Source of the DNA: Laetmonice hystrix
Taxonomy: Eukaryota
Assembly (NCBI GenBank): GCA_965235115.1
Contig: OZ249436.1
Span: 42,658,001-42,722,000, forward strand
Direction: 5' to 3'
DNA length: 64,000 bases
Shown: piece after piece, positions 48,201-61,010 of the stretch
How the letters are laid out: each line of letters opens with the position of its first letter
Position numbering within the stretch: position 1 is the stretch's first letter
Notes under the pieces: generated by a model
The model's database searches: none
Seen by the model: only the letters and a program-made list of their open reading frames with translations
What the model was told of the DNA's origin: nothing
Translations under genes and position numbers: made by a program

Positions 48201-51200
48201 ATTATGCCTTGGGTGTAAGATATTTTACGCCCTGTGTTAAGTGTTATTATTGTTCCCCGTTTAAAATCGACCAGTCAACTAACTAACAACAATTCCCACT
48301 TGATAATAAATACCACAGCGTTGGTCTAAAAGGCGTCTTGAAAACACAGGGGGTGTTTCAATAAGCGCATCGGACCGTCTGACTGGCGACCTGCAGTCTG
48401 TATTGTTGGTCCGTCGCCGGTCTGTGCACTTACTGAAACACCCCCTAGGTCCCGAGGTCTCATAGAGTCCGGAGTATGATGGTCGAGTAAGTCAGTCCTC
48501 TCAGCGTAGACATAGATCTACGGGTGTTCATTTGGTAGGGACTGACGAACAGCAGTAGTCTCTTTATGAGACTTAGTATGTAAGGCATGGGGGTGTCGGT
48601 TGTTTCAGAGCTTTGAAAGGATTGTCGTTTGTTTAAAATAAGCCATTTTCTGTGGCTTTCATTACACGCAGTATCTGTTATCGTTTGTCCGTTTGATTGA
48701 CAGCACCATATGATGAAACAAGAGAAGGTCCCTACTATACTCACCTGGGGGCAGCACGTAACATCCCTGGTATGCGGGCTCTTTTAGAGCGGAGGTCCGG
48801 CTTGTCTGGGAACGCAATCCGAATTGAGAAGGTCATCTTCACTGGCAAAGAGGGCAAAGGTGCTCAGGGATGCCCTATTGCAAAATGGGTAAGCTGGAGT
48901 GTTGTGCATACCTTTAGTAGAAACGGTAATGGCACAGGGCTGTACTTTGTGGGGGTGGGGTGAAAGGGGGGTCAACACCACCAGTAACACTGAAGAAGGT
49001 GCCCTTTAATACTTGATATATAAAGACACAGGTCCTTCGGAACTTCGGTTATCTCCGAAACGATTGTGCTGCTTATGGCATTGCCTTGAGAAGCCTTGAC
49101 TCTGTATGGTACATGATATGACAAACAAAAAAAAAGATTGACACAGGGGAAATGATACATAAATTACACGACAAATGGCCTACTGATCATACCTTACTCA
49201 GCCTAATTAGTAAGAGTTCATTCTGTTGATAGTTCAATGACAAACGGATAGATTCATTGAATATACCGATGTGCAGCCTCCATACTGTGATTGCCATGTG
49301 GTGATTCCACAGATCATCCGTCGGTCGGGGCCCGAGGAGAAACTGCTGTGTGTGTGCCGCCCGCGGCCAGGTCACGTCTGTGACACGGCCGTCGTCATCG
49401 TCGGCCTGGTCGTATGGGAGGGTGTGCCTGAAGCCCGAGCAACCGGCCTCTACGACTACATGAAGAAGAAGGTGGCGCACGTAGGCCTGGAGACCGAGCG
49501 CCGATGTGGGGTCAACGACCAGTAAGTTAACGATTGTGGCACACGGCCTACCACAGGGCCTCGAGCGCTGCATAGTGAAAGTCGGAAGAGCGAGACATCT
49601 GCAGAAATCCATCCTTCACTCTGTTCCAGTCCTGGCGATGTTATCTTACGTTTTTTTATCTTTCAGACGGACCTGTGCATGCCAAGGATGGAATGGACAG
49701 TCTTGTGGTGCTTCATTTTCATTTGGATGCTCGTGGTCGATGTACTACAATGGTTGCAAGTTTGCCCGCAGTTCTACTCCGCGAAAATTTAGATTAAAAC
49801 AGGAAGAAGAGGTAAGTGATTATAAGGTCAAAGGGAAAGAAAAATTATTTCGGGGAAGATGACGGGAATGATAATATCATCATTAGTTTTATCAGGTATC
49901 ATCTTCGAGATGCGAACCGTAATCGCTCTTTTAACTGTCGTGTTTGAACGTTATCCTTTATTGTAATTTCAGGAAGCAGTGATTGAGAACAGCCTGCAAC
50001 ATTTGGCAACAGAACTGAGTCCTTTATACAAGCAAATTGCTCCTGACTCCTACAGGAATATGGTAAGTGTATACATACATTTTCGTAACATGTAAGAGAA
50101 GTAATTTTTGTCACAGAATTGTAAAGTAAAAGATATAGAAAGAAGTGGGTTGATTATTTGCATTGTTTGACGGTTTGTGTGTTTGGTTGTATCAGACTCA
50201 GTTCGAGGAAGTGGCCTCGGACTGCAGACTCGGAGTGGTGCCGGGCAGAGCGTTCTCTGGGGTGACGGCCTGCATGGATTTCTGTGCTCATTCCCACAAG
50301 GATAGCCACAACATGAACAACGGCTGTACTATGGTGAGTCCATCAACCTCATCACAACAAGACCACGGTGTATAAAAATTTCACAGAGGTTCCACGTATT
50401 CAAACGTATATTTGAATTTCACGCAGTACTTCAAAGTGGTGCTTAGATTCGATACTTTTTGGTGGCGCCGAGCAAGATTGTAGCCTTTTTTTAACAACAT
50501 GAATACGGCGTTATCATGTTGTAGGTGGTTACCCTGACAAAACATCGAGGGTTCGGCAAGCCGGAGGACGAGCAGCTCCATGTCCTCCCCCTCTACGTCC
50601 TTGACGTGACGGATGAAACGGGCAGCGGCGACGGTCAGTGGAAGAAGGTGGAGTCGGGGTCGCTGGAATGCCTGTCTACATACTACCAAAACATGCGAAT
50701 CCGTCCATTCCCGTTGACGCCCAAAAAGAAGAAGAATAAGCAAAAGACAGGCAGTCCCGCGGTTCCTGGACGTCGGAGGGGCCGGCCGAGGTCACTGCCG
50801 ACAACCCCGTCAGCGGCAGTGGCCGAGGGGTCGCCGGCCATGAAACTACGGAAGGCGCCCGGAACGCCGGGTTTTAAACGAACCTACAGGATGTCAGGCG
50901 GCAAGAAGTTCACGTACAGGATCACGCCAGATGGTAAGAGGGTACGGACTTACGTCACTGCTGAGGGCTTCTCACCGCTCAAACCAAGGGCAAAGCTAAG
51001 TGGGAACGCTTTCCAGAACCGGCTCCAAATGGGCGAGCAGGTGCGCCCGCTGCCTTACCCTGGGCTACCCCGCCATCCATCAGGTCCAGCAGACCCGCAA
51101 GGACAGCTGGATGGTGGGCGAGGAGCTGAATTTGTTAGGTCGCCGTCACTTGAGAGGAACTCGGCAGTCCCATCCCAGCGCCATCCTACCGTGGTGTCAC

Positions 51201-52766
51201 CTAACGAAATGCACCCATCAGGTCCAGCACACCCGCAAGGACAGCTGGATGGTGGGCGGGGAGCTGAATTTGTCAGGTCGCCCTCACTCGAGAGGAACTC
51301 GGCAGTCCCATCCCAGCGCCATCCTACCGTGGTGTCACCTAACGAAATGCACCCATCAGGTCCAGCACACCCGCAAGGACAGCTGGATGGTGGGCGAGGA
51401 GCTGAATTTGTCAGGTCGCCGTCACTTGAGAGGAACTCGGCAGTCCCATCCCAGCGCCATCCTACTGTGTCACCTAAAGAAATGCACCCTTCAGGTCCAG
51501 CACACCCGCAAGGACAGCTGGATGGTGGGCGGGGAGCTGAATTTGTCAGGTCGCCCTCACTCGAGAGGAACTCGGCAGTCCCATCCCAGCGCCATCCTAC
51601 CGTGGTGTCACCTAACGAAATGCACCCTTCAGGTCCAGCACACCCGCAAGGACAGCTGGATGGTGGGCGAGGAGCTGAATTTATCAGGTCGCCTTCACTT
51701 GAGAGGAACTTGGCACACACATCCCAGCGCCATCCTACCGTGGTGTCACCTAACGAAATGCACCCTTCAGGTCCAGCACACCCGCAAGGACAGCTGGATG
51801 GTGGGCGAGGAGCTGAATTTGTCAGGTCGCCTTCACTTGAGAGGAACTCGACAGCCCCAGCCCACAGTAACGCTAATCAGTGGAGGCAACAACCTGAGTC
51901 CTTCCCACCGATCGTTCACCACCCTCCCCCGCCGGCACAGACCCAGAACCTGCCGCAACCGCCCCTTCCCGCCCACACGCCATCTCAGGGCAGCACCGAG
52001 AACAGAGTGAACAACCCTTGGACTACCAGTAGGGGCGGACACTCAGGGATGTGTGACCCATCCAGTGGGTTCCCCATGGCTACGCCGCCAGCACACAGGC
52101 CGGTCGGCGGGGTTCAGCACAACGTCACTGACAAACCCTGGGGTGGTGTCCATCCGAGTTGGTCTCGAGACTCGGCAGTGGGTGGTGACTTTAAAGCGCC
52201 ACCTCCAGCTCACAGCGCTGAGAAAAGGGTCAGACAAGGTTGGCCTGACACTGGGCCGACCGAAGACTTTGTTGGACTGACTAGTGACGTCACACAGCAG
52301 CTTAACGACTGGTTGAATAGGTGGACAGATGATAATATGACTCAAGGTCCTAGAGCTCAGGGTATGCACGGTGCTCCTAGTGTACCGTCGGCAGGTTACT
52401 GCCAACAGCCTACGCAATCTGTAATTGAAGCCAGTCGAACATTTGCACCTGCCCATGGTGGGCCCAAGGGAACGCACAGGAGTGCAAATCTGGAACTAGC
52501 TCCCCCACCAACGTATGCAGAGGCAATTGGTCTGCAAGGAGGGCCGTCTGCCACGGAAGGCGTGGATGCCCTTGCCGTACCGATAGTGAAAGTTCCAAAC
52601 AGGCACCACGTTGACGGTCCTTCTGGGCAGTGGATGGAGAAAGGTTATCAAACAAAGTATTCAAGCCAACAAACACATCATTACCATCCTGCACATCATC
52701 AGCACCATGCTCATCATATTGCGGGAACATCACATCCACTACCAGACCAGAGCCTCGGTTCCCTGC

Positions 52767-52815
<49 letters not shown>

Positions 52816-54895
52816 GCAGCAGCAGCAGCCACAGAAGCTCTATCCACAAATGCAGCAATTGTTGGGAAAGCCACCAGCGGCTGGTGTCCCCTCGGATCAG
52901 TATCAGAATCCGACGAACGTCAACCAGCAAAAGGAAATGTCACCAGGGGGCAGCAGCATACGTCATGAAACGGCGCAGTCCAAGTGGAAACAACCGGTGG
53001 CAGCACATCAACAGAATACAGCTGGGGAATCTAGCTGGCGTCATGGAGGTCATCAGGAACAGGTAGGAGCACATGAAAACATGCGCCGGCCTTCATCAAA
53101 CCATTGGGACCAGACCAGGCACGGTCCTCCAGGAGTTAGGCAGAACGACTGGCAGCAGAACTGGCAGCAGACACCGCATCAAATACAACATTACGAACAC
53201 CAATCTCAGCAGTTGCAGCAACATAGCGTCCAGCAACATCAGCATCCTCAAGGACACCACCAAAACCGGTTGGAGGAGTCGGTGAAGCAACAACCCACAT
53301 CAGGATGGCCACCAAACCATGCTCAACATCACCAGCTTCACCAACAACACACCGATCCCTGGCAGCAGGTGTCCCGTCAGTCTGGACTGTCCCAGACGGG
53401 ACACCACCCCAACAGTACAGTGCCTTCACATCACCATCATCATGGTCAGCATCCGTCTCAGCAAGCTCCCACACCAGCTCCGGCCCATGGCGGGGTTTCC
53501 AGTAACAACTGGAGCGAGGTGGAGACTGCTCACTTTGGGTCTAGAAGCAATACAGGAAATAGCTGGAGTCATGGGCAAACAGGACGACAACATCATCATC
53601 AGCATCAACCACAACAACACCAACAGCAAATGAGTTTCACTCAGCCTCAGGCGACATCTAACGGACAGAACAGTTGGGGTACTTATCACCCTTCAGCAGC
53701 AGGAAATGGTTCCAGTATGCCAAGTGGTGGCTCCCAGAACTTACCCCCTGATCGCATGGCCAGCAGTAATCTGAATTCAGCATGGCCACCGAACGGATCG
53801 CATGGGTCGATGCGTCCACATGTCCCCTCGGACTCGCATCCACAACTGTCTCACACTGACAGTGACCTGCACAGACAGTTGTCGGAGGGCGGGCCCCAAG
53901 GACGGAGTGTCCCTCCATCAGGCTACACCCCCGCACAGTCCCACCGGGCCGGTCAGTCTGCAGCATTGTACGGTCAGACAGATTCTGGAGCCGAGGCCAG
54001 GAGCACAGTCTCACAGATGGCGGTTCACGACCCACAACCTGACCCGCCTCCCATGAATCAGGTGGCCGCCAGTGAGGGCTTGAATCTGCTCTACGAAGCA
54101 ATGTGGTTGAAGTGCCAACAGAGCGGTGCAGAGAGTAGTAGTGTCGGCTCTGCGGGTCAGGACCACAATGCAGCTGCCCCGCCCTCCACAGCTGTGACAC
54201 AACCGTATCCATCTGGTACAACAAGCAGAGTGCAGATGGATGGCTCAACGCCATCTGATCTATCCCAACCACGGACCGACCCGCCCCCTGCTGCCCCTAT
54301 ACCAAGGTCGGGTGAGTTTCTCGACCCGCTAGGTGGCTCTGAAGTACCCGGCGGGTGTAATGACCACGTTGGCCATCCAAGCATACAGGAACCCCCTCAA
54401 AACCAAGAAGTGCACACCGACAACAGGCACCTATTTGAGGACCCAGAGACAGGAGGCGTGGCCGTCGCCCTCACACACGGATCCGTCCTGTTTGAGGTCG
54501 CCAAGCGTGAACTGCACGCCACGACGGCCATGAAGAACCCGGACCGGTACAACCCAACTCGCATATCCCTGGTGTTTTACCAGCACAAGAACCTCAACTT
54601 CGCCCGCCATGGCTACCACGAGTACGAGAAAAAGGCGGTAATGTGGCGGAAACGGAGGGCGGCAAAAAACGCGCAGAAGCAAGTCGATGACATCAAGGCA
54701 AGGAAGAGGAGTTATCCATGGGAGGAAGAGAAAGAAGAGAAGGAGAAACTCCGGGAAGAGTTCTGTCCGCCGTCGTACAGGTGGATGTGGAACACCAACA
54801 TTAATCATGCATTAACTGCAAGTACTCCGACCATTACCACCAAATGGATCAAACCCAGGCCTCTCATCATTGGTCCTTATCAGAAGTGGACGTAA
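30680..54895 (+). CDS. TET: TET methylcytosine dioxygenase, about 3514 aa, 8 coding exons
   Basis: Exons 30680-33211, 43874-46748, 48704-48888, 49313-49521, 49667-49811, 49973-50062, 50196-50333, 50525-54895, all GT-AG and phase-compatible. Cys-rich domain: [67 protein letters not shown] (HxD), [52 protein letters not shown]-terminus GPYQKW. Confidence 0.9.
34370..36040 (+). repeat. Near-perfect head-to-tail duplication of about 836 bp (34370-35205, 35206-36040) within a hAT-like element starting CAGACCTGCCAAC at 34301
   Basis: The two copies read identical by eye except for a G-run length; the ORF track also shows identical peptides at 35037 and 35872. Confidence 0.93.
36687..37423. repeat. 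GATATC-core array with period of about 21 bp (TTGAAGATATCTTCAA palindromes) and a higher-order duplication of about 300 bp; probable foldback/MITE remnant
   Basis: Repeated ATTTGAAGATATCTTCAATTC units in both orientations. Confidence 0.85.
38616..38836. mobile_element. PIF/Harbinger-like MITE
   Basis: TIR GGGCGGGTTGCAC / GTGCAACCCGCCC, flanks CAG/CTG, internal inverted repeat GGGTTAGGACTGAATTTAGGACCA. Confidence 0.8.
39337..39529. mobile_element. PIF/Harbinger-like MITE with TAGGCCTA-type insertions in both arms
   Basis: TIR GGGCCGTCCATAAA / TTTATGAACGGTCCC, flanks TAG/TTA, internal GTAACGC/GCGTTA motifs. Confidence 0.75.
43874..46748 (+). CDS. TET: TET large N-terminal exon ending at the start of the Cys-rich region (..[15 protein letters not shown])
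   Basis: Acceptor tgtttccag; donor C|gtaagt in phase 1 joins exon 48704 in frame. Confidence 0.9.
45988..46455 (+). repeat. Coding minisatellite in TET: 8 copies of 54/60-bp units ([13 protein letters not shown]..)
   Basis: Read directly in DNA and protein; two unit types, LPSGAQ and LASSVAC[RW]. Confidence 0.95.
48350..48444. mobile_element. Small Harbinger-like MITE in a TET intron
   Basis: GGGGTGTTTCAATAAGCGCA / TGCACTTACTGAAACACCCC, flanks CAG/CTA. Confidence 0.65.
50525..54895 (+). CDS. TET: TET terminal exon: DSBH halves separated by a low-complexity insert of about 1200 aa
   Basis: [20 protein letters not shown] at the 5' end; ELHATT and RISLVFYQH near the 3' end; stop TAA 54893-54895. 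Confidence 0.95.
51074..51850 (+). repeat. Coding tandem repeat in the TET DSBH insert: 138-bp (46 aa) unit, 5 full copies plus one partial
   Basis: Units start at 51074, 51212, 51350, 51485, 51623, 51761 (one unit is 135 bp). Confidence 0.96.
52766..52828 (+). repeat. (CAA)16(CAG)5 encoding Q21 in TET
   Basis: Read directly. Confidence 0.95.
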
Positions 54896-57480
54896 GCTGG
54901 ACACCTTACGCATCGTAGGCCTATACTCCAGAATGAACTGTATAATATAATAACTGCTGCTGACTTTAGGCAGGCTAAATTATCTACTTTGGCAGCTAAT
55001 TAGGAATGAACGAGTAATATGGCATGAATTAACTTTTCAGTGACTCTCTATGCGTCCGGACCATCATTACTAGGCTAGCACACCGTCAGTAGAAACCGCC
55101 CTCAGGAAAGCTAGTTCTTCCATGGACAGTTCTATTATGCAATCAGACTGTTACAACTTAAAGCACAAGGTCTGGTGAAATATAGGGTCACTACCCTTCT
55201 ATATACCGTCAGACTGTGTCAGAAAGGGTCAAGAAAAACCATACCCAATTGTGTTTTATCGTGGCTTGCTGAAGCGTCTGAGTAAATAGAATGTTGTATG
55301 TGATTTATACAACGTACAACTACAGGATTCACTGGGGATGCAGCTCAGAATTTAAATTGCCCTCCATAAATTTGTTTTTATCAGAATGGTTTGTGAAGGG
55401 ACGCATATATATGTTGAAATAGTGATCAAGAATGCGCAAATCCGAGTTTATGATGCGCTAGTCGTTACCTTTTCTCGTAGTTTTTCTTCTTCGAGAAGAT
55501 TGGATAATTTGTATTTATATCGTGACTGACTGTAAATTAAATCACTGCTGTTCTTTTTTTAAAAAGAACTGCGAGCTTTTTTCAGTATTTTAGAGATCTT
55601 GAGGACATATTTCACAGATCATACTGTGTTTAGGAAATGAAAGCTTTTATTTGATTTCTTGGTGAGACCTGATTGTTAAACTGTACAATACATTATATAT
55701 AATTATATATTGATTTTCAATGGTACTTTTATTATGCTTATTATCCGTGGGCCGCTTGACAACCTGAAGAGCATCAAGAGGTAATGGTTGACAATCTTGT
55801 TATATATTATAGCTGATTGAGTAATTTGATCTCACGACAGGTTGATCTAGCTTGTTTTTAAGGTTTTATCTTATGAGGGGTCGTAGCATATGTGCTGCTA
55901 TTTTTATCTTTACGTAATATATTAATTTCTATTGTACATAAGTTAACCCAGTTTACCTTTCATCTAACACTAGTCAGTCTGTGCACAAAGTTAACGGTTG
56001 GCATTTGTAACCGCAGTGTGTACCTGGTAATGATTGGAAGCATTGTATGATATCTTTGGAATTATGACGGTGGAGAAAATGCTTGTTGGTGTGCATCAAT
56101 ACCTAGGTTGAACTGCATGTAAATATGAGACTTGTGAAACATAAAGTGTGATCCTTACTTCCTACCCAAGGAAAAGCAATTGAAGCCACAGAAACGTCTA
56201 TCTCAGGAGATTAGGTAGAGGATTAGTAATGACGATCAGTAGAGTTGTACAGTATCGCCGCATTTCTCAATGATTGTTGAGTTGTTATAGGAGACTATCA
56301 ACTGATGGCCCATTCCACCGTCATGGTGCTCTAACGTTTTACGAAAAACGCATTATTCAGATGTTAATAGATCACTTTTGTTTTATGACTGTTGCTTTAA
56401 GATGAATTTGTTGCGAGATTTAATCCAGTTGTATAGTGCATGTAGTTTACGAATACATCGTTATGAATACAGCGTTATAATACAGTGTATTTTTGGATAA
56501 AGTGTACATTTTATTTCTGGTGAATGCCCTCTAAAGTGCTTACAAGATCTAAAGAGAGAAGAATAGACTACTTGTGCTCTTTCATCAGAAAATAACAAAA
56601 ATGGAAAGTTACAAAAATACGTTGTTTTTGGAAAACTCATATAGGTAGCCACCAAAATGACTGGTAACCAGGACGGTATCCTCATTGAGATCATTTTGAG
56701 ATATAAGAGATGGAGATACGTGAAACCAGTTATAGGTTCCAGGCAGATATAGTTCTGGTACGGGGAAGGCTGACCTATGTTAACTATAAATATGACTGCC
56801 ATGTAGTCTGAATGTGCGTATCTTTTAGGAGACAGTTGAATATAAATGAAATTATCCCAAATTAGGGTTTGCAAAGTATGAGACAGAGGACGATAATTCC
56901 TCAAAATGGCAGCGTGGAAATTGAACCAAATTTTGATCCAATATTGATCTGTTGTTTTGTACTTTATATTTACACAAGGAGTATTTTTTATGCACCTTCC
57001 TAAGATTGTTAGTGTGCCTATGTGTATATGTTTGTATATATGTAGCTGCATTCGAATAGCATGCAGTAAAAAGCTCAGGTAATGCCACCAATGTTGTGTT
57101 CAAGAACATGATCAATTTTCATGCATTGTGGCGCAACACATTCTGGAAAAGGGCAGCAGAGAAAACCTGTCATATGATAAATACCATCGACTTTCACATA
57201 CTGCACCATGCTTTGACATAAACCATGTGATTCTGTTAAACGGCATGTCAACATATTGTGTACATGATTGACTGACTGATTGGGCAGATAATTTTGTTTG
57301 ACTGGAAGTAAAACATGATATAACCTTTTTAAATTGCAGGGCAGCATGAAAGTTATATATGAGTAACCAACAAATTAACGGAAATTTAGGAACTTTTATT
57401 GCTGAGTTCAGAATTAAATAATATATAGGAACCTTTAACCATCCTATTTAATCAATTTATATTTTTTTTCGGTGTTTTAT

Positions 57481-57650
57481 CAGTGGCGGGTTCAACCCCG
57501 GTGTTCCTGAAAAAAGGACAATTTTCGGGGGGGGGGGGGGGGGGGGGCAGGGCCTCCAAACCCGCCGAAAACGGGCCGCCCTCGGCGTCCACCGATTATC
57601 CACCAAAAGGTGTCCCCCCCCCCCATTTCCTGAAATCATGGATCCGCCAC
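57481..57650. mobile_element. hAT-like CAGTGGCGG..GATCCGCCAC MITE in the putative TET 3' UTR
   Basis: Terminal inverted motif and G/C runs like the copies at 24159-24760. Confidence 0.6.
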
Positions 57651-58150
57651 ATCCATCATTGATGTTTTGACAAAATAAAGCAGTTGCCTCTTCGCAAAAA
57701 CACTTTTAGGACAATGCCTAAAAACCATAAGAATATACCACGGGACAAATTGTTTTGCTTTTAAAAAAATGAAGCCGTGCATGGCGGAATGTGGGTCAAT
57801 CCTTCGGATTTACAATAGCGAGATAGAGTAAGAACATGTCCAGTTAGATTGACTTGAGAAAAACATTTCAACTGTATCCTAGTCGAGTGTTATCAATTCA
57901 TGACTGAAGAATGCATTGTATTTATAGTTCTAACCTTTTAGTTCGAAACAATAACGGAAAAAGTCTTAATCTGTGATTCTTCACAGGAAAGGAAGTTAGG
58001 AATTGTGAGAAATGTGTACGATAATATTACATTTCAATAATTAGTACATGAAAATAGTGATTCTGTACAGCCTGTTTATATCGCACCGCGACATGTTGCA
58101 TATTACATTGTATGGTGTGGCTTAACGTGTAAATGTAGCAGATAGAACGG

Positions 58151-58156
58151 AATAAA
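58151..58156 (+). terminator. Candidate TET polyadenylation signal
   Basis: AATAAA preceded by TGTA elements and followed by a GT-rich tract; would give a 3' UTR of about 3.3 kb. Confidence 0.4.
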
Positions 58157-58539
58157 GGTTATTTATTTGCAATGTATGAACGTTGTCTGTCCTTTCAAAA
58201 TTAGCATTTAAACTATGCGTCCAGAACACTGGTCTTAGCTGTCACTACGATACTAGGCCCTATACACGTATCCATCTTTATATTTGAAAACTTTATTCCC
58301 ATCGCGGGAAATCGTTACGTAGAAAAACGCCAGTTGGTTCAGGCCTTAACCCACTATCATAATTCATGTTACTAAAAGATTATTATATTAAATGGTTGAA
58401 TGTTATGACATTTATGGTTAGATTTTATTACATTTATGGTGGGTATAACAACTAGGCTAGGGTGGGTCTTACATAAGTATTACATGTATGGGTTATGCAC
58501 CAAACTGAAGGGAGATGGCGATGAAATCCGTAGCCTATA

Positions 58540-59121
58540 TAGAGTGAGTCAAAAAAACTAGACACTTTTTAAAAGGCCCACTGTTTTATTGTGTACCAAT
58601 ATAGACAGTATATTTTTGCTTGTACTTATGGAGCAATTCTTCCTGCATCTTTTGGTACCAGTCATGCTTGATTGGTTTTCATGCATGACCGCACAGGAGA
58701 CAATTAAGGGACAAGGGTGAAATCAGACCTGCGCCAACTGACCAGAGCTGGGTATGAACAAAAATCAACCAAGGCTCTTTGCTGGGGAGTGAATTGTGGA
58801 CGCACCATACTGCTGCAGTGCCAAGAAGGCCTAATGAGGCCTATAAGTAAGTGTGTGCGATTTGAATTAACTGATTAAACCAGGGGCATGAAAATTACTT
58901 GGCTATCCATTTCATATCCAGCTCTAATCAGTTGGCGCAGGTCAGATTTCACCCTTGTCCCTTAATTGCCTCCTGTGCGGTCACGCATGAAAACCAATCA
59001 AGCATGACTGGTACCAAAAGATGCAGGAAGGGTTGCTGCATAAGTACAAGCAAAAATATATTGGTACACAATAAAACAATGGGCCTTTTAAAAAGTGTCT
59101 AGTTTTGTTTGACTCACCCTG
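58540..59121. mobile_element. Tc1/mariner-type MITE with long (about 200 bp) TIRs
   Basis: TA|(T)AGAGTGAGTCAAAAAAACTAGACAC.. and ..GTGTCTAGTTTTGTTTGACTCACCCTG|TA; the arms match over about 58540-58745 and 58925-59121. Confidence 0.88.
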
Positions 59122-59572
59122 TAGTCACAAAATCGTACGAAAACGTCCTCAGCTCTTGAACAGGGTTCCCACAAGTTGGCTATATCGAAATTTCATGACT
59201 TTTCCAGATCAAAACTCCCAAATTTCATGACTTTTCATGACCGTGGGAAAGAGAAGGATCCTGGGAAAGTGGAAAAGACGAAAGAAAACAAGATGGGGAA
59301 GGCTCTCCACGACGGTAGGGCCTCGGCTTAGGAATGAACAAATTATTTCGCCAATGTTTACTCAAAAGTGTTCTCGAACTATAAATGTCATGGTCTGCCG
59401 TTTTGAAGAAATTTGATGATGTCACCCAGAAGGGAAACACCGGATTCGTGTGAGATCCACGTGAGGACAGATTGAGGACAGGATATTCGTGCTTCTGGAC
59501 AAGGTGCCACCTAGCGGAAAATAACGAACCACCCAGAACAAGAGACATCTAGAGGTTTGGTTAGCATAATTT

Positions 59573-60052
59573 CAGGGTGCCCAGCAGTTTACACACAAAA
59601 ATATTATAGGAATTTTCAAACCAAAATTATAGGAATACAATGTATATTTATAGGAGCAAGTTTTGTCATTTTATACAGGCGATTATTACAGGCAAGAATC
59701 AGGTGTACATGGTAGCTTCTAAAATGGCAAATAACATTTTGTATACATTCAAGAAGGCCTCCCCTACCCCTACAACCTTTCATCCCCACCAATATACAAC
59801 ATAAAGTTGATAAACCAGTTGGTATCTAATACAAAACCGCCAATGGATAATCAGCCTTGAGTAAATTATTAAGGAAGTACTTTTATCCTAATTGACTCTG
59901 TTTCCACAATGAAACCTAGCATATCAGCATACAGGCTTACAGAAATGTTCAAATATGGGAATTTATAGGAATTTTCCCGAAATATAGGAAGTTATAGGAT
60001 GGCAAGAAAAATATAGGATATTATAGGAAATATAGGAGTGCTGGGCACCCTG
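59573..60052. mobile_element. hAT-like MITE with a 6-bp TSD
   Basis: 14-bp TIR CAGGGTGCCCAGCA / TGCTGGGCACCCTG; TAATTT on both flanks; subterminal TATAGGA repeats. Confidence 0.82.
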
Positions 60053-61010
60053 TAATTTGTCATAAGTCACATCACACGACATCGCTCCTCCCGCTTTGGG
60101 CCACACCGTCTGGAGGATTGATTCCACAGGCACGCGAGAATGATGAATGCGACCCCTACCCCCTTAGCCTTCCTTTTTCATTGGGGGGGGGGGGTCTGAA
60201 TATTCTATACTCTTGATAAGACTGTCTCCGTGTGCCAACAAAGGGTTTACCCATCATTTAAGTACACCGCTACGAATAAGTTTAGCAAGTTAGAGTGCAC
60301 AGATATACATGTACCGGTAAATTAATTGAATATTGGACCTGGAAGTGACGACAGGAAAACCATCATCGAAGGAGTTTCAATTTTATTATACTAATTCAAG
60401 TCGCCACATGGTACACTTACAGGTTTACAGATGTCATTTTTGTTCACTACACTTTAATCAATTGTTATTCCAACACCTATTTTACAACTTCAGTACAAAC
60501 AGGTTATATCAGGAATATGTCGTTTCTCCTGACAACACAAAACCTAGTGGTTACATGGAATAACAGACAACTGTTGGAATTTGTCGATAAAATTGTTTAT
60601 TGTTCTCATTAATGGGCGTGTAATGTAATAAACACTTTGTGTTAAAAAACGATCTACTGATGACCAATCAATCAGGTTTGATTGCTACCATACTTCCAAG
60701 TAGTTTACATACATTTGTACTGCATATGGAGATAAACCTACACACTCATTCAACTCCATACATACATGCATAATATAAATGAGGCAGTGAAAAATAATAA
60801 AAATATCTCTAAGATCAATTGAAACAGCTCATTACTGCAGACCTACAAGACGCCATAATGACAAAGCAGAGAATACTAACGGACATAATATGAAGACGTG
60901 AAGTTTAGAGTCTGTATAGTGGGTTGCAATGAATAGGCCGGGGTATCAAAGAGTTCACATGGATCGAGGAATGATGATAAGCCGAAGCACACCTGATACA
61001 GTGCTAAGTC

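Noticed and set aside
51000..52010. 336-aa alternative-frame ORF and 221-aa antisense ORF inside TET
   Set aside because: Explained by a stop-free 138-bp unit being repeated; there is no independent coding signal.
22278..54895. TET as cargo of the transposon, as in fungal KDZ transposons carrying TET/JBP
   Set aside because: The TIRs close at 28455, before the TET coding exons; TET is an ordinary intron-containing metazoan gene, and the transposase motifs look Sola2-like.
56324..56330. miR-29 seed match TGGTGCT in the TET 3' UTR
   Set aside because: A single 7-mer in about 3.3 kb is compatible with chance without conservation data.
56461..57051. 196-aa minus-strand ORF
   Set aside because: Non-ATG start, AT-rich composition, no domain; antisense to the putative TET 3' UTR.
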